A DNA stretch of 64,000 nucleotides from Antedon mediterranea (GCF_964355755.1 NC_092674.1:19964001-20028000), one strand, 5' to 3'; shown: positions 27,314 through 41,115, counted from the stretch's first letter. Notes: generated by a model not told the origin, from the sequence alone. Translations and numbers: made by a program.

Positions 27314-30300
27314 TTAATTACATTGTACATGTATATTATTCACACTATTTACTTTGCATGGTACTGCATGTGACACACCAACCTCTGTCTTCTGTAGGTC
27401 TTCAGAATCATAAAGATTTTCAACATCTTCAATAGCAAGTTTCTTCCCAGTTCTTCTATCCCCACCCCCTCCCTTATTCCCAACACTCTTTTCACTTCTT
27501 TCCAACTCAGTCCCTTTCTTTTGGTCTCTATCTGATTCTTTACCAGTCTTTATTTGAAACAAACTCTTTTCAAATGCCATAATGCAATGTAGGTTACCGC
27601 CAGTTTTCTTTGTATTTCGCATTTGTTTGCCAAGATGCACTTTTCTAATGTTGATAAATTCTGGAGACTGGCAATTAACATCTGCAGAAATGTCTTCCCA
27701 TCTGCACAATAAAAAAAGCAAAAAAATGCCATAAAACACAACTTAAAACAGTAATTCAAATGTAAATCTAATGTGTGAAAATGTGAAGAACTTCTGATCT
27801 ACAAGGCTACACGTAATGAAAAACAGGCTATAAAGTTCATCACAAATACTTAAGTTAGCCCATATGTATCTACTGCCTGGCATAAATTCATTTCCATAAA
27901 AATACATAACATTGTGTGCTTTATCATACAGATATTGACTGCATAGGTGTATTATAACATTTGAGATCCCTTGAGGGAATTACATTTTTTTTCGAGGGAT
28001 TATATATTTTTTTGAAGCGTGTTGATAAAAGTAGTCAAAATCTATTTATTACATAGCCTTTGCGAAGATTGAATGCATAAAACACATGCATGTCATTTAG
28101 GTGCCGCCTTTACGTCGTTTCATAGTCTATAATTCACACTGCAGATACGGATACAATGATGACATCAATGGTCGGTTATCATTTCAACTATTCTAGTATT
28201 TACATTAGGCTATGTAATTAATATAACATATCAAAAATATGAATGCAGCACTTGTATATCTTTTGTTATGTTATTTTAAAAGGTAATTTCAACAATACCA
28301 ATTTACATAAATGGCTACTGTAATATTATATTTTAATTGTTATCGAATTATATATATATTTTTTTTACAATAATTTCAGTTTTTTATATTTGTTTGAGCA
28401 AATAATTGTCTTTCAAGAGATCAATACAAATAGTTCTATCGATAATACTAATTACCTAAAACAATGAATTCCTGGATGTTTACGACTTGGGTCACCAACT
28501 AAAATCCAAGTATCAACTTCCTCATCCGTCAAACACGCTCTGAATAAAAAGTTTACAGAAACATAAATATTTTATCCTCGGCCACAAAAAAATAAAAAAT
28601 TACATTATGTGAAAAAATAAAACATTACCTAAATGCATCCTCTGCCTTTTTGGGTACATCTTCAAATCCTATTGGACAAAAGTAATGATTTTGGCAATGG
28701 TAGATATATGTAGTATTTTTATCTTTTAAGCCATCTTTCAACATGTTCACAGCTTCTGGTGAAGTTCTTCCCATGGTGTGTCCTTTACCATGAGGTTTGT
28801 ATAAGTAATGAGAGCGCCCTCGTACACCAAAATTATCATTTAGTTGTCTGAACCATCTAAAAAAGTAAATAGAATAAGTTATGATAATTTTAAAAATATG
28901 CATCTGATAGTACATACAGATAACAATCAAGATACAAATATATATAAGGTCAAAAGTAATCTTCTTTAAAAAAATAAATATGTAAATTTGACCAAAGAAC
29001 CTATAACACAAGGTCCAAAGCATGTAACATTTTCGAAAAGGCATTGTTGGATATAATAGCGCCATTAGTGTGAACAATAGAGTAGTGTGTTCTCAACATG
29101 TTAGATAGGTAAAATCTTTGACTCTAAAACACAGGAATGATAATTCAAATTTACAATTTTCTTTGTGCTAAGGATACAAATACAGTATGTAGTTTGTGAA
29201 TTTTATACCATGTTTTTTCCCATCTTTTCTTAAAGTTTTTATAAAAATATTTTATCTATTATTATGCTCTTTATTAGGTCTATATTGATTGAATTAAGTG
29301 TTTTAAATGAAAAGAATTATAAAAAATTGCTTTGATTAACTCATTTATTGTGTAGTTGATCATAGAAAATCGTATATTCTTAGTTTTGAGAAGACTTAAT
29401 TATTATAATTTGTATTATATAAAATGTATATTCATGTAAATAGACCTGAGCCCTCTTAGTAATTAATAGTTTTACCTTTCTAGTTTGGAGAAGACTGTAA
29501 AAATGGAAGTGGGGAAATGGTGGCGCCCAGTGTGACCTTCGGACCCTATACTTCCGATACAGTGTTTTGAACGCAAATTGACAGAGAGGAGATTATTGTG
29601 TTATTCTTTGATTTGACACATGGAGTTCATTGTTGATTACTGTACCTCATAAGTGTGGCATTACCAGTAAAAGGTCCAAAACGAATATCATTGAATGGTG
29701 GTTTAAATCCGAAAACAGTCAGTGCTTCCTCCTGCGTTATTGGCCGAAGACTAAAAAACAATAATAATAATAATAAGAGTTTGGTTTTTTGTTTGTGAAA
29801 TATTCATCTAGGCGTTGCACACAAGCTCAAAATGTTTAAACTAAAATGATGACTTTAGAGGATTATATTGCAAAACTATTTGTCAAACATGCCAATGTCA
29901 AGAATACAGCATTGTAAAGCTTTCAACCAATCAAAGTGTAAATGATCCTTGACATACAGTATTATATGTACTTACTACATAACATGTATTAACATAATAT
30001 TGAAATTACCTTCCATTGCCAAGTGTACTAAACAAATAATTCCAACAAGATACAAGCGAAGACATTCCGCATGACTTGCTATATTGAGGCCGACTCATAC
30101 ATCTCCTAAATTATAAAAATATAAAACTTCAGAGATGAAAAATGTTGTGCTTTCACTACAATCCTACCATTGCAATAATTGTAGTGTATCTGTGCATTTA
30201 CAAACCAATATGTATTAAGACAAACTTGTAAACCTGCTCAATGATCTTTTTATTCTAACCTTCATGTCGTCAAGAATTTATCCATATTCTCTCCATTAAA

Positions 30301-31985
30301 AAAGTCTTAGTCATCAGTCATCAAACTTTTTTTACTCAATTTTTTTTTTACGCAATTCTTCTCATTTATTCAACTAATGTATCTATTATTTCATTGTTTT
30401 CACTAAGTAAAAATTAAAAAGAATTGTAAAAGCAGAGAGATTGTAAAACTTGCCATCGTTTTTGATCAAGAACTTTACGTTGCGCCAATTCATCTTCTGT
30501 TGCTATCACCAACGGCGGGATATAAGGCTCGGCTAATTTATCTCTCACTTTTTTCCACTGCTCTTCTCTTTTGCGGCCTACAATATAATATTTTATAGTT
30601 TTTTCATGCATACCAATTAATTAAATAAAAGCTATCAAACCTAATTATATGCACCAGTAGATAATAATACTTGACCTAGTGCCAGGGTTTTAACACACAA
30701 CTGTTTCTACTCCACATCCTAAGCCTCAAATGAGATAATATGTATAGTTTAAAGCTGATGTTCTCAACACAAAATTATTCCCATACCTAAAATGAGATCA
30801 ATTAATAGTTTAACTTTTTTTAAATGTAAGCATTAGTGGTAATGCAATTGATAATGTGCTTAAATCATAATCAAAAAATATACAAATTGATATTTTGATC
30901 ATATAGATGTAAATGGAACATTCCATTTCAAAATCTGCATTAAACACCATCTATGATTGGACATCTCACTAATAGCAATAAAATAAAAATCTTGATGGTA
31001 TAAAAACCTTAAGAAAATTCAGGTTTTCGGTGAGTTTCCAGTGACAGAATTGGCTTTATATTTAGCACTGGTTGTACATTTGAGAACAAAAACATAATAA
31101 TGTTCATAAAATATTATTTTAATAACTTACTAATTGCAAGACATTGCAAAACCATGTTTCTTTTTCTTCTCATTTTGTAAGTAAGAAATACATCAAATGG
31201 TACAGAGGCAGATGGATCCAGGAATTTTTAAAGGGGCTTGAAAAAAAATATTAAATAGTATTTCTTTTATTTTATTTTAGCTGTCAAACATGCACCTGTA
31301 GTAGATTTACCTTTGGGAATTTTCGCCTGGTCATTCTTTCTTGTATGGTTGAAAGTAGCAACATCGATTTCCCACGCCACACTTTCATCCTTCTGTAGAA
31401 TTCCTTCATCTAAGTTTCCAATATTTGTATCATCTTCTTCATCCACATCTTCAATAAGATTTTGTGATGTTTGCGAATTCAAAGACTTGGAAGGCTGATT
31501 CTTTACTAACCTCTCAAATGTATTGTCAATATGTTGGTGGCTGCTTTTATTTTCTTTTGCTGATGATGTGTCATCGGAATCAATTGAACTATCATTAGAA
31601 CTGCTTGAGTAAACTCCTCCAAGCCTAGCTTGATTATCTGTTAAATAATTATCACTAATCTAAAAATATGATTGCTACACATGTGGCTAAATGATACAGT
31701 TTTTATAATTTCTAAATACAATGGTGTTAAGTATAAACTTATGACAAGCTTACATATAAAAATTGAAAAATACTGTACCGGTATAAATTTTGAAATGTAA
31801 CTCATTTTGGAAAAAACACAAACTTTGAATAATATTTTAATATAGTTTAAAAACCTTTCTTTACCTTTATCAAGTTTTAAATGGGAATTTTCAAAGTTAA
31901 ATTGTTCATCATAAAGTTTGTTGTCCTCAAACTCATCATCTTCATCACTTGTTTGGTCAGTTTGTCGACTTGAAAAGTTTCCCAT
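27314..31985 (-). CDS. BIVM: Basic immunoglobulin-like variable motif-containing protein, 490 aa, 8 coding exons
   Basis: Exons 31865-31985, 31311-31637, 30454-30577, 30010-30105, 29646-29750, 28629-28856, 28456-28539 and 27314-27701 total 1473 nt in frame. Hallmark BIVM blocks: [80 protein letters not shown]. Confidence 0.95.
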
Positions 31986-32549
31986 GCTTTATGTCATATT
32001 TCAGAAATAACTACATGTCATTGTAAATAAAATAAATATTAATAAATAAAATAATGCAAACAAATTAAGTCAATTAGCAAAAAAAAAAAGGCCTGGCCCT
32101 ACTGCTAGCTACTATACCTAGAGTAGGCCCAGTACTTCCTGAACGGAGGGTCATATGAGAAAGATTGGTCTACATAACTGTATGATTGAAACACATTAGA
32201 AAAATTGTTTTCATCGCTTAAAATCCTTTTGAAAAAACACCACAGTATATAAGTATAGGAAAAACGGTGGTGACAAATGCTAATAAATAAAGACTGTTTG
32301 TCATCTCTTCCTTCCTTCCATAGCACGAAAATCGTCTATCTATCTACTGTCGCTATATTTCATAATTTCTGTATTGAGAAAAGTCCCTCTTTGAACATCT
32401 TGGTTATATGGCTCAAACTTTAGGTTGTGGGTTTTTCAGTGTTTCAAGATGGGTTTTAAAAATGATTGATAGAGGATGCATTATGATGGCAAATTATTCC
32501 AATCATTTACTGCAGATATTGAAAATAAATAGGCCTACTATAAATATAA

Positions 32550-32982
32550 AGGGAGGTGTAGAAAGCGAAGACCTCGAATTGGATGACCCCAACGACCTCG
32601 AATTGGACGACCTAGAATTGGACGATCCATAACTGAAAAAGGGGCCGTTTTGACCTGGTTTGCCATGTTTATGATATTTCGTGTGCTAATCGAGTCGAAT
32701 GCAGTTTTAATGATGCACTCTTGGCGTTCCATATCTGTTCGTTTGTTCGTGTCGACACATTCAGTATCAAATGGCGATATTTCTGTATTTTTTCAATCAA
32801 TTGCTTGCTTGCGATAAGGTATGGTTTCAAGATCTTTGGCTATGTTCGGCTTCGGGATGTTATACCACACTTAGGCCTAGGCTAGGCTAGGCAAAAGGGG
32901 TCGTCGGTTTCGTGTTATGGGTCGTCCAATTCGAGGTCGCCCGGGTCGTCCAATTCAAGGTCGTCGCTTTCTACACACCCCT
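32550..32982. mobile_element. MITE with TIRs and GACCTCGAATTGGAC subterminal repeats (Kolobok-like ends)
   Basis: Left AGGGAGGTGTAGAAAGCGAAGACC, right GGTCGTCGCTTTCTACACACCCCT. Flanks are ATAA (left) and TTAA (right). Confidence 0.75.
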
Positions 32983-35673
32983 TTAATTACTAATCTGTAG
33001 CCAGGCCTACTAGTAGTACTAGTAGTTACTAGTACTAACTACGGGAATCCCTAACTACTACTCTCTATGGCCTAGTAGAGGCCTACCACTACTACTAGGC
33101 CTAGTACTAGGAGAGTAGACTTAAATTAGTAGGTCTCCTAGTGTACGAATAAATATAATAATATTATATAATATAACGCTGACGCCAGAGGCCGTTATAT
33201 TGGCGAACAGCGCTCCATACTATTATTAGCTAATTTACATACAGTACGATGTCAACCAGTTCAGCGACCGAAATGCATAATACCACGACCGATATGAAAC
33301 ATAACCGAATTAAATCGCCTAATCCCCCTAGACTAGGCATAGGCTAGTCTAGAGGTAGGCCTACAAGCTAGGCGCGCCTGGGCCTTAGTCATCCATAATG
33401 TAGAGAGTAGTTTTATTCCTATGATATGGCCTAGGCCTATATATTGAGGCTAAGCCCAATTATACACAAACACATACCTCAGTGAATTAAATATGTATAG
33501 GCCTAGGCCTAGCTAGTGAGTTGCGTTATTCATGAAATATGAACTCATAAGCTTTTAGTTGCTAATGTCATGTATGCATGTATATCAAAGAACTTATAAC
33601 ACAAGTTCTTTGATGTATATTTAGTAAACTGAATATTACGCCCTCTTCGTTCTTCCTTCCTTCATTTTATTTCAAAAGACACTGTTTATTTTCCTCCATA
33701 TAATAAACAGAAATGGTAAGGTATATTAAAAATGAAAAAGATGATTGTTGGATATACAAAAGAAAAGTGAATTAAAGAAAATTGGCTATGGAAGAAGGCA
33801 TAATCCCGAGAAGATGAGGAAATCTTGTGCTGGGTATGCCTATGCAAATAAAATGGATAAAAAGAGTGGAAATTAAGAGAAACAAACAAGACAAAAAAAA
33901 TAATAAAATAAATAAATAAATAAATCTAAAAAAATAGATCAATCAAATTGTAGAATCAGAAAATAAAACTCAAAAACCACAGTAGATCAATGTTCAGCAG
34001 CATAAATCAAATTCCTTCCTTCCTCTTACTTTTTGTCTCGATCACTCCCGGTATCTGATCAATCAAAATAAATCTAGTGTGTCAATATAATTTTGAATTA
34101 CACCTTCACAATCTACTGACTAATATTTAAAAACGGTAATTACCTCATGGAAGTAATTGCTCTATGAATATCCTATAAACAACAAATCATTATTATTGTT
34201 GTGTACAGTAGGCCTACTAGTAGTCTAATCAATTGTAGGCCTAGAATGTTGTTTTCAGATAAATGCAATTCAAGGAAACAAATTAAAAGATTAATTTAGA
34301 GTTGTCATATTATGTTATGTTATTTATTAGCCTACTTTTAATATCAATACTTATAAATTAGTATTAAAAAAATTAAACGAATTTTACCCCGCCGTTTTTC
34401 CGCCGGTAAAACACAGGCGACTAACATTCAATAGGATAACATATGGCCTACTTAGCCCAAGGCTTAGTAGGTCTTAGCTCCTACTAGGCCTAGTAGGCTA
34501 GCCCTAAACGATCAGGAGATATATCATTTCAGGTAAAAAAAATATTTTTAATACCGCTAATTAAATATTATTTCTTTGAATATTTTTGTGGAAAATCTGT
34601 GTATCTTTTATAAGCTTACATAGGTAAAATATATATCTAACTAACAAAGTTTTTTCTTTTGATTGATTTGTTTATAACTGTCTAATACACGTAGCTAAAA
34701 TCAATAAATAATAAAGTGTTTATTTTTTAATTTTGTTTTTCATTGGTACTTGTCAGGGGAACTACATCAACAATCGACACCAAGCTGATGTTATCAACAT
34801 TTTAGGTAAGAAGAGTCACAATTGTTAGCTACAACTCTATCCACCAAACTGTCATATATTTGTTTATAAGTGTGTAATAATTATTGTTTGTTTTGTTTTT
34901 TTAATAAATACTTTCTGATGGCGACACGACATAATCAAATCAATATCAACATTTTAAGAATGAACATTTAATCACGTCATACTACTCTAGTCTAGCCAAG
35001 GCAATCGCAACTTTTAGAGCTTTGATCGAGCTTATTACAAGTTATACCAAAATAATAATTTTATCATGTTTAAAACATTTATAATTCTTTCATTTTATAT
35101 ATATTCGAGTTTGAATTAACCTAGTTGAATTAGCCTATAAGCGATTTATATACAAATACAATTGTTTAAATAACTTTAAAATTCTATTTTTTACTTTTTT
35201 TTCGGAAAGTACTACAACTCATCACCAAGAAGTTAATATCAAGATTATGTCTCTAACATTTTAGGTAAAACCACCGACAGTTGATGTTTGAAAATTCCAT
35301 TTTAGCTTTTAAAGTTAAATTAAACATTTTACAAATATACAAATGCTTGTTTTGTTTACACGTTGACATTCTTTTTTCTTTTCATGAATACCCAAACAAG
35401 CTCACCACCAACAATTGAATATGGTGTTTTAATATTTCAGGTACAACAAGCAATCACATTTTAGTTCGAGTCTAGCTTGTAAAATTTAACCATACAAATA
35501 ATTATGTGTTTTGTTTATACTTTATAATAATTTTTTCTTTTTATGTACTGGAACCTATATCCAAGAAGTTAATACCAAGTGACCACAGTTGTTATTTTAA
35601 CGTTGAGTCTTACCTTGCTTACAGATGGCATTTATTTTATCTTTCTTGTCTTTTCATGAATACGTTTTGATGG

Positions 35674-35731
35674 AACTATCTCACAACTATCTCACAACTA
35701 TCTCACAACTATCTCACAACTATCTCACAAC
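35674..35731. repeat. 11-bp tandem repeat (AACTATCTCAC), about 5 copies
   Basis: Read directly from the sequence. Confidence 0.9.
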
Positions 35732-37091
35732 TCATCAAGTTACTGTAGGCCTATGTTGTTCTTATTTTGTACATCACAAACTTTTTAATTCTTTTTTTTT
35801 TAATGACAATAAGGCCTAGCCGAAGCAAAATCTATTCTGGATGCAGAACATATACAATCAAGCAATAATCAATTAGTTATCTAGGCCTATAATATTTGAA
35901 TGTGTTCATTTAGGTGGTCTACAGTATATAACAGAATAAAAGATGATAATTCAGAATCGTGGTATTTTAGCTAGTATGCCTGAAATGATTGAATCTCCTG
36001 GACATTTTGATCTTTCAACTCTCATCCCTTTTAAACAGCTTAAAATTAGATCGTGCGGGGTGAACTATCTCTCGACAGGCGGCCTGGGTAACGAATGGTA
36101 TAAATGCTATTCATGAAGGCAATAACACTATTACTACTAAGATCTGCCGTTTATAGTAATAATAATGTTTGTTCGGCAGTTATTGCACTGCAACCTGGCG
36201 AAATAATAGCCATGTTGTTTAAAAATGCTCTTACTCTATTATTAATTATATTGCTGCTATTACAAATAAATCAATTTTCTAAATAAATATTACAATTCTT
36301 TAAAACAATAAAATGAAACGCACGCTTATAATTTGTAAATCATTTGCATTAAAATATATATTTAACACCTACTATCGTGTGTTTTATTATCCATTTGCAG
36401 AACTTGTAAGTTGTCTGTAGTGTTAGTAGAGCGATTTCCAGTATCATGAACACTAGAATCTTCCACGGAACGGAACGGAAACAACATGATTTTACATTCG
36501 TGCAATACCCGAACAATTCCGAAATTCCTTCTCGGAAATCCGGCAACCTTCGCCAATAGATAACCAGATTTAGCGCGGAGTTTAGCAGTCATTGCGACGT
36601 AATGTAAAAAAACAAACTTGGCACTATATACAACGATCCTCTTCCTCAAAGTCATAGTACATTGCGAACATAATACGGAGATATTCATTTGCCCACTGCA
36701 ACCACCAAATAGCATAAACCACCATTACGACCTTAAATGTATACAGTAGTTATTTTTTCTCGGTTCAATTTAGCGGCCATTCGTTTATCATGTGAATGTA
36801 TTTTTATAAATATTGAATTTGAAACGTAAAGTATTAAAATCCCAATCATTATTACAACAACAGGGGGTATAATAAAAATAATTTATTTTTATACCTCCCA
36901 GATTACAGTATATACAATGAAATGGGATCAACATTTTAATTTAGTGGCAGAAAAAACATTTAGTATGAACTTAAGGGTGTTGCCTGGGCAACTAGGGCAC
37001 ACCCCTGGGTGCGCCACTGCTTACTGTAGAACCGAGATAGGTGCATTTCCTTACAACGGGTTTACCATAAATTAAACTGTTAGATGGTTTT

Positions 37092-37860
37092 TCATCTGCG
37101 CCCTGAGCTGGCCAGGATGACTGTTTTGCCGATGTTGATCAACATTCCAAAATCCGAGCAGGTCTTTATAAAGGAGTTGCAAGAGGCCTGTAATTCAGAT
37201 TCGGAAATGGCAACAATGGCAGCATCATCCGCATATTTGTGAAAACCAATCAATAATGAGAGTAAAATATCGTGACAGCCCAAATGTTTTAAGATAGAGA
37301 AGAGTCCAGACCTACCAACGTTGTCAAAGGCAAAGACAGGTCAACAAAGACAACATACTGTACAGAGGGCGTTGCTGTTCCACACATTTGTTGCAGAGCA
37401 AATACCATGTCAACTGTGAAACGGGATGGACGGAAACCACATTGGCTTTCTGGTAGAACTCTACCTGCAATAATTTGTGAAGCCTAGGCAGAAGTACACG
37501 TGCAAAGATCTTACCAGCTATGTTAAGCAAGGAGATGCTCCTATAACTATTGCAATCGTGACGGCTGCCCTTGTTTTTGTAGAGTTTAATGATGTTGGAG
37601 TCCTTTAGGTCTTGCGGAATACCACCTTGAAGAATGCCAACATGTTTTAAATACTTCAAGCTCAGTTGTCAGGACATCTCCACCTATTTCAAACATCTCG
37701 GGTGGAATACCGTCACGTCCAGATTTGTTGTTCTTCAATCCATGAATAGCTAGATCTACCTCCTCTTTGGTAAAATTTCTGTTAAGGTCATGCATGGTTG
37801 TTAGCTTCTGAATTTTCTGAAATGCACTAGGGTTTACGTCTGTGTCTGTAGCGTAAATAG
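37092..37860 (-). mobile_element. Decayed RTE-clade LINE, reverse transcriptase part
   Basis: Frameshifted motifs EEVDLAIHGLKNNKSGRDGIPPE, IPQDLKDSNIIKLYKNKGSRHDCNSYRSISLLNIAGKIFARVL, YADDAAIVA and FGMLINIGKT, with an internal deletion. Confidence 0.9.
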
Positions 37861-37899
37861 AGCAGCTAATGTTTCAGCATTTTAAATGAACCAATCTGG

Positions 37900-39080
37900 C
37901 TGTTAACTATCCTAACTGTTACGTCACGTTTATACGTTCCGTTGGAACAGGTTGTCCAGGGGTGTGTGTGTTTTTCCTAGGCAAGCATTCACTAACTTTC
38001 CAATGGCTGGGCTCTCAACGTCAAAATGATTATTATGACAAATATTAATATTTCTCAGCGAATGGTAACTCGGGGGTCATCTCAATAATTGACTGTCGTT
38101 ACTCGGCAATGGTCGCGTGCAAGGAAGGAGCGGCCGTGTCAACATCCTGCTACTTCCTCCTTTAGTTTAGTTTTAGGATGCTGGAATGTTCGGTCTTTGA
38201 GCATCCTGTCTCATAGAAATGCTAGTTTACATGGAAAGTCTGCTGTTGTTGACCATGAACTCTCTCGTCTTGGAAGTAATGTTTCGAAACATGTGTTATG
38301 GAAACGGCTATATTCGGGAGGCAAACTACACCTACTGGTGTGGTTATTCTGATACTATGAGACCTAAGCATGGAGTTGGTTTTGCTGTTCATAACAAGCT
38401 ACTTTCTTGCATTCAGCAAACCATTGCAATATCACCCCGTCTCATGACTATTGTATGCGTACGTGTCTGAAAAATGGTTACATCACCATAGTATCTGCTT
38501 ATTTTCCAACATTAATGCTGAATAAAAAAATGTTTTCTCAAACTCTTAGTGAAACCATTCTCAAAACTCCATCTGGTACCAACTTAGCACGCATTGGCGA
38601 TTTCAACGCTAGAATTGGCTCAGATTAATGTAATTGGTGTAATGTAATTAGACATCATTGGGTTGGTAGAGAATGAATTAGGCCTATGTGCTGACCTCAG
38701 TCTCTGCGTTGCCAACACCTATACTTTGAAGGTCCTTTTTGTACCAAAACAACCTGGATGCATCCTCGTTCTCGCCGCTGGCATCAACTCTACCATTATT
38801 ATTGTGAGACGACGTCGTCAGCTATGTGAGGTAATAATCCATTGCCGTAGCTTAAAGTCTGATGACTGCAACTCTGACCATGCCTTTGGGAGATGCAAAC
38901 TTAAGATTTCACCAAAGGCCTATCACATTGCCAAACCTACAATTGATGTTACTTCTACAAAAATACAACTAAACATTGCCAAGTATCAAACCTTCTTAAT
39001 GATCACTTTGTAACACTTTGTAGCTTGATCCCGGCTTCGTTTAGCACTTACAGTGCTCTTAGTGCTTTTGGACAGTCGCA
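37900..39080 (+). mobile_element. Decayed RTE-clade LINE, 5' UTR and APE endonuclease part
   Basis: Frameshifted APE motifs LGCWNVRSL, HGVGFAV, ISPRLM, IVSAYFPT, IGDFNARIG and DCNSDH. Confidence 0.88.
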
Positions 39081-39340
39081 GTAACAAATTTGTCTGATAA
39101 CCGCCAGCCGTTGTCTAAATGAGATCATCCGCCTGCTGATTTACTGTACAAGCCAGAGAATAGCGAGCTTTCGTTTTAGTACGGAAGTAGTTCAGTACGG
39201 TAATTTGAACCGAAATGTGATCTACGCATGCGCAGAAATTTAAGACTCGCCGTAGCGCTAAATTTCAGAACGGTAGTGAGAAGAAATAGCGTCCTGTCTG
39301 AAACGAACATTCAGCTGTGTATTTTAATACGAAGGACACG

Positions 39341-41115
39341 ATGGAAGCAGTATCGTCAAAGGTAAAGCAGTTTAATCAGTCGTTATTTTAGCTTTATGTA
39401 ATCAAACATAGACTAGGCTATAGCATATTAAATGAATGTTCATTAATGTAGTGCTCTAGATCAGTGATGCCAAATATAAAATAAAAAAATTGGCTTAGAG
39501 ATTCGGCCTAGGGCCTAGCTAGCCTAGGCTAGTAGTAGTATAATAGAGGGCAAACCAGTGGCCTAATCGAACTAACTAGCCTAGGGCCTAGCTGCGATAC
39601 CCTAGCTGCTGGCATTTAGGCTATCCCTACACGGTCCTACAAATAAACACAACTTGCACAAATAGGAGGTCTAGATACGTAGGACCCCCTACTCAAAAGA
39701 TGACAGAAAATGACAAGTTCAATAATATTGATAAAAACTAGCTAATCAAATTATCTTCAATTCAATCCTGCTTTGCTTAAAACAAAGGAGTTGTTTACTT
39801 TATTAGATTTATAACAACTCCCTGCCAATGTAGCTTAAAGTATTTATCTTATTGTCATACAATATAAGATATATGTAGATAAGCTTGTGTACATTTTATT
39901 ATTTTTATCTTGATTTTTTATTTATTTTTTTTTCAAAACAGGCAGAAGAAATTAAGACAAAAAAGAGTACAAACCGGTTAGTTAGATAATTCAATAGTGC
40001 TCACTTTTTTACATTTATTTTAATATATTATTATAATTGTAAACTTTTTTTTTGTATGCACAAAACATATAATATTATATAATAGTATGCTTTTTTCAGT
40101 CTGAAATAAATGTGTTATCAATGTCAATCAATATTAGCATGATTAATTGTATAAAGTGGATAGTTCATTCAAGCTATATTATTTATTTTCATTTATTACT
40201 TCATTAGATTAAAAACTCCTACACTGAATTGATGAGAAAAATATTACATTAAAAAACACTATCATAAATTATGTGATTTTATTATTTATTTCAGCATGAT
40301 CTGGGACAACCAAAAGGATCAAATCCTAATAGGAGAAGTAATCTTGGCTAGACCTTTTCAGTCCAAGAAGGGCACAACTGAGCGGGGAAAGGCATGGCAG
40401 GCTGTTGCTGATGCAATGAAGGCCCGTGAATACAAAGTTGACAGGCGGGCAGTGCGAGATCGCATATCTAATTTGATGGATAAGGTGAAAGGAAAAAATA
40501 ACAAAGAAAAGGCAGCCAGTGGAATTGCAGTGGAGGAGACAGATGAGGAAAAGCAAATAAGGGAAAGTATTGAAGAATTCATCCAAGAAGAGGAGGATAT
40601 AGAAATGTTACCAAAGGAAAGAGGAGATGAAGAGAAGAAAAAGGCTGATGGTGCAGAAATGAGAAAACGTGCATGTGAAACATTTGGAGAAACGCGGAAA
40701 AGGTAATACCAAATTTATGTAAAATGTAGAGGTAGATTAAAGTGTTTTTTATCCCCCTCTTCCTTAGTTTAGTTCTTATTTTTGTAAATTTATTTTTAGG
40801 CTTGATGTTGAAAGTAACACACCAAAAAGAAGGAATAGTGGGAATGACACAATCGGTATCATTCAAAAAAAAATGGAGATAGATCAGCAACTTCGAAGGG
40901 AGGAGATGGAGAGAAAAAAAGAGGAAGAAGAACGAAGGAGGGCAGAAGAAAGAGGAAGGGAAAGACGATTTGAGGCCTTCCAACAGCAACAACTGCAACA
41001 ACAACAACAAATGCAGCAGCAAATACTTCAACAACAGCAACTCTTGCAACATCAAAACCAGCAAACGCAAACACTGATGATGGCATTTCTTAAGTCCATG
41101 GAAAAGAAAAACTAG
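39341..41115 (+). CDS. Transposon accessory protein (Myb/SANT-like N-terminal domain, coiled coil, polyQ), 259 aa
   Basis: Exons 39341-39361, 39942-39976, 40295-40702 and 40800-41115 total 780 nt in frame. Motifs WDNQKDQILIGEV...RGKAWQAVADAM...VRDR and EKAASG. Confidence 0.85.

Noticed and set aside
18345-31985. Rhodanese plus BIVM as a thiol-metabolism gene cluster
   Set aside because: Same-strand adjacency across about 7.7 kb of repeats is not evidence of linkage in a metazoan genome; it would need conserved synteny or co-expression.
36349-36715. Cys-rich minus-strand ORFs as a gene
   Set aside because: The Cys pattern is split across frames with a stop. At most it is a decayed PHD-like LINE ORF1 remnant, which I cannot support firmly.
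40326-41086. Minus-strand Leu/Phe/Val-rich ORFs
   Set aside because: Antisense readings of the charged and polyQ transposon gene.
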